A stretch of 64,000 nucleotides of DNA. Source: Perna viridis. Its lineage: Eukaryota. Made by a program: the position numbers and the translations under genes. Location of the stretch: contig CM074514.1 of NCBI GenBank assembly GCA_037379345.1, forward strand, positions 34,348,001-34,412,000. Direction: 5' to 3'. Position 1 is the first letter of the stretch. The number at the start of each line of letters is the position of its first letter. This document shows positions 25,644 through 38,453 of the stretch, in pieces. The notes beneath the pieces are model-generated. The model was given only the letters and a program-made list of their open reading frames with translations, did no database searches and was not told where the DNA came from.

Positions 25644-26248
25644 ACTAAAGGCTCTAAAGAGCCTGAATAGCTCACCTGAAAATTTGAAATCATGTGTTCG
25701 TATCATTTGATCATTTGAGAGTTCCCTTAACTTACATCATTACTGCCATCCACTAAAACACCTGAGCCATGTTGAGGCAGAGATAAAGGCACTAAAACAC
25801 CTGAGCCATGTTAAGGCAGAGATATAGGCACTAAAACACCGGAGCCATGTTAAGGCAGATATAGGCAATCTCAGTTTCACCATAAGGATTCAATGGTAAC
25901 TTTGAATGGCAAAAACCACCCCGGAGCCACCTAAGCTACACAAAAAGTGGATCATTTGTAGAGGGAATTGAGGTAACCCTAGCAAGCTTCAAAACATTGG
26001 CAAATGTGGTTTCAGGGAAGTTGATTTTGGAAAATTGGCCGATTAGAAGCCATCTTTTTTTATCAAAAAGAACTCAAAGTGGATCTTTCGTATAAGCTCT
26101 TGCATACATCCTTTCTACCAAGTTTGGTGAAAATTGGTCCAGGAATTTTCATGAAGTTGAGCAAAATGTGAAGAGTATACAGGAGACAGCTGACAGACAC
26201 AAATTGATGGCGTAAGCTAACTGGGACCTATGGTCCAGGTGAGCTAAA
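25644..26248 (-). mobile_element. HINE with subTIRs TAGCTCACCTG / CAGGTGAGCTA
   Basis: Hairpin aggctct-aa-agagcct; subTIRs at 25668-25678 and 26236-26246; three ~38-bp internal repeats at 25752-25866. Confidence 0.8.
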
Positions 26249-26899
26249 AAAAAACCCATGTTTTCAAATCTATTTACAAAAAAGAAATTGAAAACAGTCC
26301 ATTTGCTAATATGAAACAATAGCCATTGTATCAAATGAATTATTTTCCATCCATCTAATTAAAAACCAATCTCCTTCAATCCTGCTCTCATCTAGACTAT
26401 CTCATGTGACAGATAAAAATACAAAATGTATATGCAATGAGAGATTGGTTTTTAATGAGACTGATTTGGCTAAAGTGCATTATATGCAAAATTCAGATTA
26501 CAAACTGAAATGGTTCCACCAGTTCTGTAGGTTTAAAGAATGTGATGATACATGTATAAACAAAGCAATTTTTCTACTTTGACTCTGTCAAAGAACATAA
26601 CTCCAACAAAGTTTGAGAGCTCAAACTTTCCTGATAATACATGTATATGTATTGCATATTGTGTCAGTACTATATACTAATTTTCATTAAGTTCTGAACA
26701 GCAGTTTGAGAGGAGTTGCAATGACAAAATGCTTCAGTCATGTACTTCTGGAAACTAAGGGGAACAACTGCAACAAAATTCGAGGGATCTTAAATTTCCA
26801 AATATTATGCACAACTATATATTGTGTCCTTACTACATACTTTGTTTTAGGAGATTTTGTTCTGTAGTTTTAGAGCAGTTGAAAATGTTGATACACATG

Positions 26900-27230
26900 T
26901 ACTTTATAGCATGTAATTTTTGTGTGTGGCAAATTTTGGCATATTTCATAGTATTCTATGGAAATGATCCGTAAAATCCTGAACTTGTTAAATATTTAAC
27001 AAAGTGCTATGGAGATATTCACAATCCGTAGAACATAATTTGCAGAAAATATGGAAAATCCGTATTAGTAAACACCTCTGATATTTTAGAGGTCTGTTAA
27101 AATAAATTCCATGAGACATTAACTCTAGGCTTAAGCATCCAAAAAATAAGAAATGCAAAAAATTTCTGTATACATTTTTGGCCAAAAATCTCAAAATTTT
27201 GCACCCACGAAAATAACCTGCCATACGGTA
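26900..27230. mobile_element. Degenerate TA-flanked MITE
   Basis: tactttatagcatgtaatttt..gtgtggcaaatttt versus aaaattttgcacccacgaaaataacctgccatacggta imperfect TIR. Confidence 0.55.
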
Positions 27231-27266
27231 TCTATAGTTATTTAATGTATTTAGGCACAAACTTAC

Positions 27267-27374
27267 CGACAGCAGGTGGTTTAATGTCAAACTTTTGATC
27301 ATTGAGAACCAATTGGAAGTTTTTGTACCTCAGCAGTGTATCTATGGTAGTTGACTGGGCAACTCTTGCCCCTT
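27267..27374 (-). CDS. MCU: MCU coding exon (second half of NTD)
   Basis: ttacag acceptor; (E)GARVAQSTTIDTLLRYKNFQLVLNDQKFDIKPPAV+G; GTAAGT donor; 108 nt, phase 1-1. Confidence 0.93.
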
Positions 27375-27531
27375 CTGTAATGAAAAGAGAAGAACATTTA
27401 TACATGGACAAAAATCTGAGAAAATAGGAGAAATCCATGATTTATTATGCTTTATTTCTCAGCAGTGTAGTGACTCTTGCCCCATCTGTCAAGTAAAGAA
27501 AAATAAATTAAACTTGAAGAAATCCATAACT

Positions 27532-27738
27532 TACTGTGAAAGTACTATTATTTAGGTACCAATTTTCATGGTTTTCATGGGTAGACCAAACCAAGAAATT
27601 TAGTTCCCAATAAATAAGAGATTACCATTGATGTGTATACTGAAAACATTAAAACCACCAATTCAAGAATCCATGAATTTGTGTTTCTTCCCTGATCCAT
27701 GAAAAGTGGTATCCCCGAATTAAAGTACTTTCACAGTA
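27532..27738. mobile_element. MITE, TACTGTGAAAGTAC family
   Basis: TIR tactgtgaaagtact / agtactttcacagta with TA ends. Confidence 0.8.
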
Positions 27739-27828
27739 TATAGTTCTTTATCAGCATTGTACCGCTAGTAGTTAACTTGGTGACTCAGGCCCTAAAAAGG
27801 AAAATATTTATATCAACAAAAATCTTAC

Positions 27829-28356
27829 ACTAGAGGCTCCAAAGAGCCTGAATCACTCCCCTGGCTTGATAAGCATACTTCTATTTTTGGCAAAAAAAAG
27901 CCTTCTTTTTTCTTGGATAAAAACAAAAATACCTAAGGAACGATCAAATCAATTTTCATTGAATTCTGTCAGGTAGCTTTTGAGCAGAAAATATTCGACA
28001 GCAATAACATTAAAAATTGCAATAACTCCAACATGGTACAATAGATTTATGCAACTTATTGATCACAGATAAATCTCACCATGCTAATGACTTAAACTAG
28101 GTCAGAATTTTTATATACCTAAGGATTTAAGATATATGTGCGAACAACTAAAACCTAAGTTCTAGTTTAAGAAATGGTGACCATGTTTTTCTACCGATAA
28201 AAAATCTCCACATCAGTTCTATGCAGAATATCCTGACAAACATTCATATTAAGTTTGGTTTCAATTGGTCCATTAGTTTCAGAGGAGAAGAGTTTTGAAA
28301 AATTGTTACGATGACGACAACAAAGGACACCAAAATATGGCAATAGCGGAGCTAAA
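27829..28356 (-). mobile_element. HINE of the same family as 24368-25440, internally deleted
   Basis: actagaggctccaaagagcctgaatc start; shared gtttcagaggagaagagttttgaaaaattgtta; end atagcggagctaaaa. Confidence 0.75.
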
Positions 28357-28767
28357 ATAATCAGAGAAATCCAACTGTTTTGCATGACTTGTTTCTTAGC
28401 AGTATATCAACAGAAGTAGATTGGGGGACTTATACCCCCCTAATAAGGGTAACAACGAAATTTATTATCAAACACTAATCCTAGACTGGGAGACTAATAC
28501 CCCTCTAATAAGGGTAACAATGAAATTATCAAGCACTAATCCTATTCATAATAAAGTCAAGCCCAAAATAAATCAGCACAAAATAGATATTACACCACCA
28601 GAGCAGCTGGTATTGCAATGGTCCCGACTTGGTACAGACACTTCAACCGAAGAGAGGGCTAAACCTCCCTCTTCCATCGGGCGTGATTATACCAGTGGTG
28701 ATTAGAAAGCATTTGCATGCTATTATCAAAGCATATTGCCAATAAGATAAAGAAAACAAAATATCAA

Positions 28768-29072
28768 TACAGTGAAAACTGTCTAAACCAAACCAAGAAT
28801 AATCCAAAACCCTGTCTAAACCAGACAAGTCCATTCATATCAGTTCAATGTTTTTTTTTACCCTCGATAAACAAAAAACCTGTCTAAACCAAACAAGTCC
28901 ATTCATATCAGCTCAATGTATTTTAACTCTTGGTAAACAGATAACCTGTCTAAACCAGACAAGTTCATTCAAATCACTTCAATGTATTTTGACCCTTAAA
29001 AAACAGAAAACCTGTCTAAACCAAACAAATATGAATGCCAAACAGGGTTTATTTTAGACAGGTTTTACTGTA
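28768..29072. mobile_element. Tc1/mariner-type MITE (TA-CAGT...ACTG-TA) with internal ~67-bp tandem repeats
   Basis: tacagtgaaaactgtctaaa / tttagacaggttttactgta termini; four internal aacctgtctaaacca units. Related pieces at 15572-15970, about 44515-44575 and about 60060-60085. Confidence 0.75.
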
Positions 29073-31045
29073 AAGACAAATGTGTTCAGTAAAGTATTTA
29101 GGGTAAACATGGGGAAATTCAGACGTTTTACAGATTCGTCACTTCTGCATGCAAATTTTATTATTCGGAAGGCGTTGGGTGATGATGAATCATTCCATGC
29201 GAAAGATGAAGATCTTCCGCACATAAAATATCTATTTTCATATACCTGCTTATGATTGGCTAGCGAATCAAGAACCATTTGTAAAATATATCAGCTATTG
29301 GCAAATTCTGACATAGATGGGGAAAGCCGGACACACATATGGGGCAAAACGGACACCCTGCATGAATAAACGAAGCATACAATACCTTGTTTAATGAGTG
29401 CATTTTTTTACTGTTTCACGTCTTTTGATCCTTGGTTTTGGTACTGTATTGATTGAAAAATACACACAAAACTAATTATTCTAGATATATAATATATATG
29501 TATAGAAATTTTGAAATAATCATAGTCTAGATCTATAAATATCATAGATCGGGGCGAAGGGGCAGATCCAGACACTTTGAAAAGGATGGGTGCCAGCCGT
29601 GGTTCCTCAGGGGATGCTAGGACATTATTCGCTATTTTTATGTCAATTTTACACACAGAAATAACAAATCTTCCAATAAAAAGGGGTTCCCTTGGGTGTA
29701 TACTGAATTTATTAAAATTCTATTTCTGTTCATCCGTTCTGTTGTCATCTCATTGCACCTCCATTTTTGTTTACCGATTTCAGTAAAACTGTGGTGAATG
29801 AATAGTAGCAATAAAGGATTAGATGTGATTGTTTTCTACATTAATTGGTTTATGGAGATTGCTTGTTTGTTTTTTTTGGAAGGTATAGAGATTTGATTTC
29901 TTAAAAAAGCAAATGTGGGCACGTGAGGTAATGTGACCATTCTCACTAACGTTTTTTTTTTAATTTTATCTTTTGGTCAGCGTTGGTCACCTCATTCTTA
30001 CTCGCCAAGAGAAGGAAGACCCATAACATGAATGTAACTCCATATTGCTTTTGTATATGGTTTATCAGTTTAAAGTTTAATAACGAAATACTGGACACAA
30101 AAAAAAAACATATACAAAACAAAATAGATCTACACTAGATATTCGAATTTTAAAGCACCTTATGGTCCTCCTTGAGATATAAACAGTTTCTATACCTATA
30201 TAGCCCAAATGAAGAGTTTATTTATTGTTCCACATGATTCTTAGTTTGAAGTATACATGTTGTAGGTATTACGGTGAATCCAATCTTTGTAATGTTGACC
30301 CAATTATGCTTTGATCCCACTTGAGTCTAAAATGAGAGGCATTATGTAATAAAACTCTAAGGATATCAAATTCACAAGAAATCGTTGATGGAAATTTATT
30401 TTTATTATATGTTTGATTTGAATATAACGAACTTTAACGAACCAAGTCATAGTTTTATTCAAGATTTACCAATCTTTAGTTTCAAATGAATATCCGTATT
30501 GGGATAAAACATTTATAGCTTTTTCAAGTTCAGGGCTTGATGTCTTGCAAACAATAGAGCATCTTTGTTGTGATCATGTTCTTCTATTCTTTACGATGGG
30601 TTCATCCTTCGGTTTTAACAACCACTGACGCGACAGACCTATATCTATAATTTTCGATAAAACATAGGCATCATCCCTTCTTAAGTATGCTCTAATATTG
30701 ATTCCATCCAAAATACAGACATTTGGATCCTTGGAATTTTTTATTTCTCTGATAAGTTTGTAACCTGCACCCACAACTAATTTCCATGACCCCCAGTGGT
30801 GCATTCCAACACACCAGAGATTATGAACTATGAGTAACTTCATCTTAAATGACCTTTAAACTTATATGGTAACAATATTCAGAGATTTTTAACATGCCAC
30901 TCAGTTCACAAAAACATAATCATTTCAGCAAACATTAGTATATCTTGTTTTTTTTAAATAACAATTATCTAGCTTTTCTACAGGACAACAAAACAAAATT
31001 TCCTTTACAGTTTTAAAGTGCACTAATATTTTTTTCTGTATATTT

Positions 31046-31779
31046 GAAAGACTTGGAAGTGCGATGGTTGTGCTGATCTGCGATGGTCAACACTGAAGTA
31101 CGTGTTTGATGTTTAATGCAAATGCTCGGAAGTGCGTTTGCACCCAATTCAACGAAATTTGACGTGTACAAGCACCTACAATATTACAGAGAAAACTAAC
31201 AAACTGAAACGAAAGTCATGAAAGTAGCGAGTATATTGTAGAAATAAACATAGCATGAATCATTACTAATTTTGAGTGTTAACAGTACATGTACTTAATG
31301 CAGTATCAAAACTTAACTGGTACGTTTCTCTTCATATTACGTATAATCCGTTAATCCACCAAATCTAGACATCTGTAGTATCAATCATTCTTTGATAACC
31401 TTAGTAGCAGTGTACAGGATGACACACATGCAGAATAAAAAAAGCGCCGTCTTATACTACATTATATTTGTATTTGCAAATTCTAATTTCTAATCTGTTT
31501 GCATGTAAACTAATATCATATCTGTAAAATTTCGAGATAATCTTATATTTACAGTATCAATGGAAAAAATCTTCGTGATAGTTAAAACATTTCAGCTAAG
31601 TACAAAAAAAAACTGCACCTCCTCATAGCGGCCAACGCATTTCTGCATAGCTATCGGCAGTCAACAATCATGTCTAACCATCACAGTTCAGTGTGATCAT
31701 AAACGCACTTAGGCGTACTACCATCGCACCTCCGCGCAACCATTGTACCTCTGCGTCCCATCGCGGTTCCGAGTCTTTC
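31046..31779. mobile_element. Non-autonomous TIR element nested in the 4-kb transposon
   Basis: GAAAGACTTGGAAGTGCGATGG versus rc GAAAGACTCGGAACCGCGATGG; flanked by direct ATATTT; subterminal GCGATGG repeats. Confidence 0.75.
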
Positions 31780-32184
31780 ATATTTAAGCTACATATTCTT
31801 TCTGTGCTTTCTGTTTTATCTTTGTCACTTTTCTTGTGTCCATTGTCATAAAAACAATTGAGAAGACGAGCTTGATTCCCCCAAAAAATACATCAATTAA
31901 CTAAAAGAGGCTCACAAAAAGTCGAAAGAAAAACGGCAGTAAGATAAAGGTAAAATGAGGATGTGTCAGGTGACGTGATAGAATAAGAGTCTTAAAATTG
32001 TTTTTCTAAAAACACCCGCCTAGTTGCTCATAAGATGTCAAATTCTGGTTAAAACGAATGAGAGAAACTACAAACCATATAATTTAACCCTTTCTAATAA
32101 CACATTCTTAAATTTTGAGAAAAAACGTAAGGCTCAGTCTCTGAATCTTTTAACGGATTCTAAATCAAGAGATGCTGAATTTTG

Positions 32185-32357
32185 CTTCCAGGTTTTAGTG
32201 GAGTCCGTCAAGTTGCTCATTTACTTTTGTTACTTTGTATGGATTGTACTGGTTTGTTAATTTTCTTTTATGTGTATGTCTGTTTTCCATAACTGGTCTT
32301 TGTCCCTGGATTACTTTTGACTTCCGCTAGAATCTTGGTGCTCATGTTTACTCTTTT
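32185..32357 (+). mobile_element. 3' tail of the Penelope-like family nested in the 29101-33126 element (a related inverted piece at about 31935-32070)
   Basis: ttttagtggagtccg..agttgctcatttacttttgttactttgtatg...ctagaatcttggt matches the tail. Confidence 0.7.
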
Positions 32358-35300
32358 ATATGGTCGATCAATATTTATACCTTTGAGAACGGATGTGAAA
32401 ATTGAAAGATGAAAAAACCGTCAATAGTCATGCATTGGGCTTAGATTTCTTCATTTGATGAAAGGCCTATTTGCAGACATAGTGGTGAGATTCCGTGAAA
32501 TCAAACATATTTATAAATGTGGAAACGACCAGAAATTTGCCTGTTTCACAAACCAGCGTATTTCATTCAGAGCGCCTCTTCTACCACAGGTCTTGTATAA
32601 TATCCAATTGGAACAGAAGAATGCTTACAATTACGTGGGTATTTTTTTGCAAATCCACTAAGTTTATATACAGATTTTTTATTCTAAGAAAGATTTTAGC
32701 ATAAGTATGATGTGTCCGGATTTCTCCAATCTTTTTTTTTTTCAATGGGGAAATCCAGACAAATAAAAATACATCAAAACGATCTATGATTTTAAAAGAT
32801 TTAAGAATATGTTGCTTTTTTCAAGTACATTATCAAATTTACCTATCAGGTTTCATATATATAACAGTAATCATACCTAGTGTGCAAATTGTCATTGTTT
32901 ATAATTCCTGCCTTGGCAATTTTTAATTCTCAATGTCAATGGAAGTATTCAGCCTTGAGCCGGAAATGTCACGTGATATTTTCTTGTTTATGCGTTAGAC
33001 AACAGAAGAAATATTTTTAAAAGATGCTATAAAAATCATTTCGTTCTGAAATTATTATTTATTTTATATTTGTTTTTTGAAAAAACTTTCGCAAAATATT
33101 TTGTCCGTATTTCCCCATGTTTACCCTAACATAGTTGACATAGAAACTCTTCATATTACCGGTAGTGCAAGCTAAATGAAAAGAAACCATTTTAAATTCT
33201 AAATCAAATTAAATCAAGGATAATTCTAAAGCTTTATAAGAGTAAAGGTGGTCATTTGTTCTTCTTTTAGCTCTAATTCAATTACTGTACCATCTTTTTA
33301 AAAACATCTTGGTCCTGATGCAGAAGTTAAAGGATATCATAACCATGTTGATCATTAAAATATAGTTTTTTTTAATAAATGAATCATGAAAAAAAAAAAA
33401 CGTTATATATTGATCAGGATGCCAGATTTTCAGAAATAGCTATTCTGAAGGACTAGAAATGAACTTAATCCAATTTTTTTGTTTCCATTTTTTTTTTAAA
33501 TTCTAAATGGTCAACTTTAGTTTTTTAAATATTCTTTGAAAAACCCTCCCACACAATGTAAGGCTAAAATTGGCAAACAAGTTCACAATTCTTCCCATAC
33601 CTCTTATCTAACACTAGTGGAATACAAATCATTTACCATTGCATGATGGAGACAGGAAATTGCACCTAAAGAAGGATCTTAGAAAACTTATGTCAGGTGA
33701 TGCAAAATCATAAATGAATTTGTGTCTGGAAATTTTTTCAACAACAAAGCAATCATTAAGGCTAACTAAAGCTCTGAGTAACATCCTTGTAATATACTAG
33801 ACATTTAATAATACCATTACAATTTAACACTGAGTTTTAACACGAAACATGACAAGTTGATTTGCAAGGGAGTTAGTCTGGATTTATATCCTATTATGTC
33901 TTAGAATGCCAGTCGACGTCCTGCAATTGATGGTAGACAGCTGTCATTCTCAGTGGACACAATGGCTTGATCGAAAACCAAACTACTCTCCTCTGCAAAG
34001 TCAAATAAGAATAGCTGAAAACCTTCGTATTTCCAGAAAATTATTTTAGCTTTTTTCAATATTTATTTCAAGTGGAGATGGCTAGATTTCTGACAAACAA
34101 TTGACAGTCAAGCATGCATTTCTATATAGACTGCAAAGAGTAGTAAGGTCATGTGTTCAATTGGTAATTTTCGTTTGAATATAGCTGAAATATCACTGCT
34201 CGGACGCTAAACCCCAACAAACAAACAAACAATTGGTAATCAGACTAATAGTTCACCAGGCTATTGTGAGAGCTTGAATACAGACTTAAGTTGCAAATTT
34301 GCTGAATTTATCAAAAAATATTAATTTTTTTTTGTTCATACCACTCTAAATAACTTCTGTTCACAATCAAGCAGCAATATTTGACATTTATTATTAATCT
34401 GTTTACTATGACAGGAATGATTCTTTAGGTAATTATTATTTAATCAAACCAACTCTTTCTCTTTAACATCATAATTAAATGTGCTATAAATTTGATGTTT
34501 TAAAAAAAAATCATTCTTGCTGCATCCAAAAGTTGAACACATGACCAAAAGACTAGTGACCGAATTTCTAAAAAAAATATGACACAGAGAAGAAAGAAAA
34601 AAAACAAGCTAATCCGTGTTAAGCTATCTCAGATAAAATTTATTGTGTGATGTAACATTCTAAAATCCGCACTGTTAGAAATATGAGCCAATAAAATCCT
34701 ACTTATGTCAAAACCAATCTTAAACTTCAGGGGAAAAAACAAAAAAAAAAAGGTTTGATGAAAAGAAACAGACAGAAATTACAAGTTTTCTTAGAACAGT
34801 GCAATTCCTCCAGCAATTTAATTGGCAATGCTTAAACTTTAAAAATCGGTTGATATGGAAACGTTTAAAATACCAATAAAGACAGATTTAGTTTAAAATA
34901 CCAATAAAGACAGATATAGACTTGAAAGTACTGAACTTTCTTTATTCTAGTTACACATATCAGGTACACAGTTCATTTAAAATGAGAAGGTTCACAAAAG
35001 ACAGACATATGGTGGTAAATTTATAACCACAGAAAAATATCATATTACTTTATACACTGTCCAATGGCATCTACCTTAAAAATACAGGAATACTAAACAT
35101 CTGCACTAATGTGCAGGGTATGCATGTTCCTGTTCTTTCTTTTTAAAATAATTCATGTAAAAAATGAAAAATAAAGATAAACTTAATTTAATAAAACCAG
35201 TAGGAAAAACATGAGAAACCAAGAAAGAATTTCTGAGCTATCCCACAACATGTAGACCGTCAGACAGACATAAATACACCAAATTACAGACATTTAAAAT

Positions 35301-35965
35301 ATTCATATTACTAGTATCACCTAGGTAAACCTGTTCCTTCCAAAGCAGTACTTATTGCAAATGCAGCTAATTAACAAGTCCACAAATATTGACAACTGGA
35401 GTAAAAAAATGAATCCTAAGGAAAAGTTTTGACTGTTTTTGAAGTAAGCCTTATACCATTCCTTCGTTTGAAGGTTTTCTCACTAGCGAATGATTTAAGT
35501 ATTGAAATAATTCTTGTAAATTGAGAGAATTTCTAATTCAAAGTTATAATTTTCCTTTTTTCATCTGAACTTTACACTAATTTTGTTTTTTTATTGCAAA
35601 CGGGCAAGTCTATACACAAAAATGTCTTTCATTAGTATCTACTTTGTAAAAACAACCCATAGAAACATTATCAATTCCAAGTTTGAAATTATTTAGAGAT
35701 ACACAACAATTTATCAAAGAAACTTTACCAAGAATGTGTACCTTTTAATACAGTTGATATGATAATCTAAATGAAAAGTCATGCTTAAAAACTAGCAAGA
35801 CACATAACCTAACTCTTTTTAAGTTTTTAATAATGTTAGCAACTTCTTGCACTCGTAATTTCAGTACTTTATATTAGCATATGATTTGCATAATTATACA
35901 TTACTACTCCATGTTATGCTGCAGATCTGTGTCATTTACTACCATAGCATCAAACTCTTAAATAT

Positions 35966-36405
35966 CATGTATGTGTGTTTTACGTGCGTTTCTTGCTTGT
36001 ATGAGAACGGAAAGTTTACATGAAATGATGGGTTAGCATTGAACATTACCCAGTTTCCAATTCAGGCACATGCGCTTGTTACAAGACTTATAGGTCATAC
36101 TCCAGTTGTTTAATCTGGTTCCTAATCTGGTTCCCTGGTCAATATCATAAGTGACCCAAAGATCGCTAATATGTACCTCTTTTCAAAAATATTATACACA
36201 TGTTCATGTGTGTTTTTTGCTTGTATGAGAACGGGAAATTTACGTTAAAAAATAATTTGATTGGTTAGCATTGAATATATGTAATATTAACCAGTTTCCG
36301 ATTCAAATACAGGGGCTCGTTATGATTGACTACATAGGTCATATAAGTTATCAGGGCCCCGATATCTATATATAGCCATTGCCTCTTGCTAAATCTGGTT
36401 CCCGG
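35966..36405. repeat. Diverged tandem duplication, period about 220-230 bp
   Basis: ttgcttgtatgagaacgg...ggttagcattgaa...ccagtttcc.attca...ataggtcata...aatctggttcc occurs twice. Confidence 0.75.
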
Positions 36406-38242
36406 TAACTAGTTGTTTAGAGGTCTAATTTCCTCATAAAAACAGTTCTTTTCCATAAGTAACTGATACACAAGTGTCAAATACCATACTAGGTATGCTG
36501 ACCCCATGAATAAATAGCATTAGAATACTTTTATCTCAAATGATATTAAAAAATAGTCTAAAATGACCAAGCTGAGTGTAATGTCTGGACAAAAATGAAT
36601 TAACTGTATTTTGGTGTGAATTATGTGCACATTTTTGCATAGAAATTATTTCCAGAACATAGAGGTGCGTATTATACATCAATACATAAGAATTGGCCAC
36701 GAAATTAAAGATTTTGGTACATGAAAAAACATTGCGTAATGTAAACAAACAATCCAAAAGTGAAATGTTACTGAAAGTAGTTTTATCTAATCATCAAATA
36801 CATCTTTAAGTATTAAATTTTTAGTGGTATTTTCTTCAAATCATGTTCAAATGACTTAATAACATGTTTCAAATAAAGGTTGTACAATATTTCCTTCTTA
36901 TAAGGCCTGGTTAGAAATTAATATGAAATAACTAAAAACCAAAAAGTAACGAATTCCTTTTCTATCAACCCTCCATATCAAATGCCTTTACAGCTGAAAA
37001 TGATTATTCTGGTACTTATTTTGATTGTTTCTTACAATTTTCTTTCTTAAAAGTATGTTTTTAAATGAAAAATTGTGAAATTTGAGTTACAACCAAAACC
37101 GGAAATGTTCGATTTTCCTGACTTTCAATTTTGTTTTATAAGCTATTTCATATATCCTGTGTCAATTTTATCATGCTTCGAAATTAAAATTATCCAATTT
37201 AGGTAGCTACTGATGGTTACATGATGTTTTAGTCACAATAGAAGTTTCTTTCCTTCATATTTTCATAGGAAATACCACATCAAGGTAAATAAGTTGAACG
37301 ATCAAGTGCAAAATATCAATTTTTTTGTCTTACAAAATTTTACTGCAACCTAAGTCTAAAAAACTTTTTTTCACACGTTTAGACCTTCAAATTTGCACTG
37401 CGCACAATACACACCAAAATATGGTACACACGCATCTTTTCAACTGACAGCATATATCAAACTATTGGAAGTTTGACATTTGCCTTTTAACTATCAGATG
37501 ATGCAGCCCAATAATTCATAGATAATAGAAAGAAAAATACTGTTTATTCAACTCAGATCTATTTTTAACATGTTTATCAACCGTATATGCAATAAGCACC
37601 GCCTTGAAAGGAATGGGTTTACACATATAATAAATAGCATTTCATTTATAGCAATCAAGTGATGCATATTAAATACTTGTAAATTTACTGTGTTCATTCC
37701 TTTTTAAAGTAATGAAGTTGAACATGCATACACCAATAAATAGAAGCAAATTAATGAAGCCAGTACCTAATGAACTTAATTGGAATTCAATACAACAGGC
37801 TCAAATAGCACCTGAAATAAAACATGATCGATAAAACAAGATCAAATGCTGTATTTGCAGAATTAAGCAAATTTTCTCCTCAGTGAGCATTGCCTTTGGG
37901 TAATGAAGGTTTTCTCAGAGGTCAATTAAAGCTGACTTTACATTATCATTTTGATTGGCATGCTTGCCTACCAGGATATTAAAATATTTACACCCACAAT
38001 ACACCATGATGAGTTAATGAAATGACTGCCGCTAGAGGAACATTGATGGAAAAGGTGACATTAGTTTCATGGCATTTCTACAGTTGACAGGTTTGGTTAG
38101 TATCAATCTCTCTTAAAATGAAAACTGGCTACACTACTGTTTTACCAGTCTCAATTTATGAGAAGTCGGGGTTGAAATATTACTGACGTATAGCTACCAG
38201 TGCAATCCCTAACAGACAGTATTTGAGCCAAACACTGTGAAA

Positions 38243-38453
38243 TACTGTGAAAGTACTTTTATTTGTGGGTACCAAATTTCGTGGTTTAGGGAAAAATTAT
38301 TAGTTCGTAGATTCTTGAATGCATGTATTTGACAACTCTACTACACAATCAAATAGGAAATTTCTTTTTCGTTAGGACCAAAATTTCATGGATTACCCAG
38401 CCAACAAAAACCTCGAAAATAGGTACCCAACGAACAATGATACTTTCACAGTA
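38243..38453. mobile_element. MITE, TACTGTGAAAGTA family
   Basis: TIR tactgtgaaagta / tactttcacagta; subterminal gggtacc...tttcgtgg. Confidence 0.8.

Larger units (their letters stand above)
29101..33126. mobile_element. About 4-kb TIR DNA transposon with TA target duplication (Tc1/mariner-pogo-like), decayed and carrying nested insertions
   Basis: Left GGGTAAACATGGGGAAATTCAGAC versus right (rc) GGGTAAACATGGGGAAATACGGAC, 22/24 identical; TA at 29099-29100 and 33127-33128; internal repeats of the TIR core. Confidence 0.85.
27441..33200 (-). pseudogene. Four degenerate partial tandem copies of the MCU 27267-27374 exon start plus acceptor (about 27441-27531, 27741-27828, 28357-28430, 29075-29100+33127-33200), interrupted by TEs
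   Basis: Recurring ctcagcagtgta...tagttgac...actcttgcccc...gagaaatcca motifs similar to 27315-27440; copies translate as DGARVTTLLRNKA* and QSTSVDILLRNK. Confidence 0.75.

Noticed and set aside
37700-38230. TAAT-rich, enhancer-looking unique sequence (also about 40980-41170)
   Set aside because: Homeodomain cores are too frequent in AT-rich DNA to call without conservation data.
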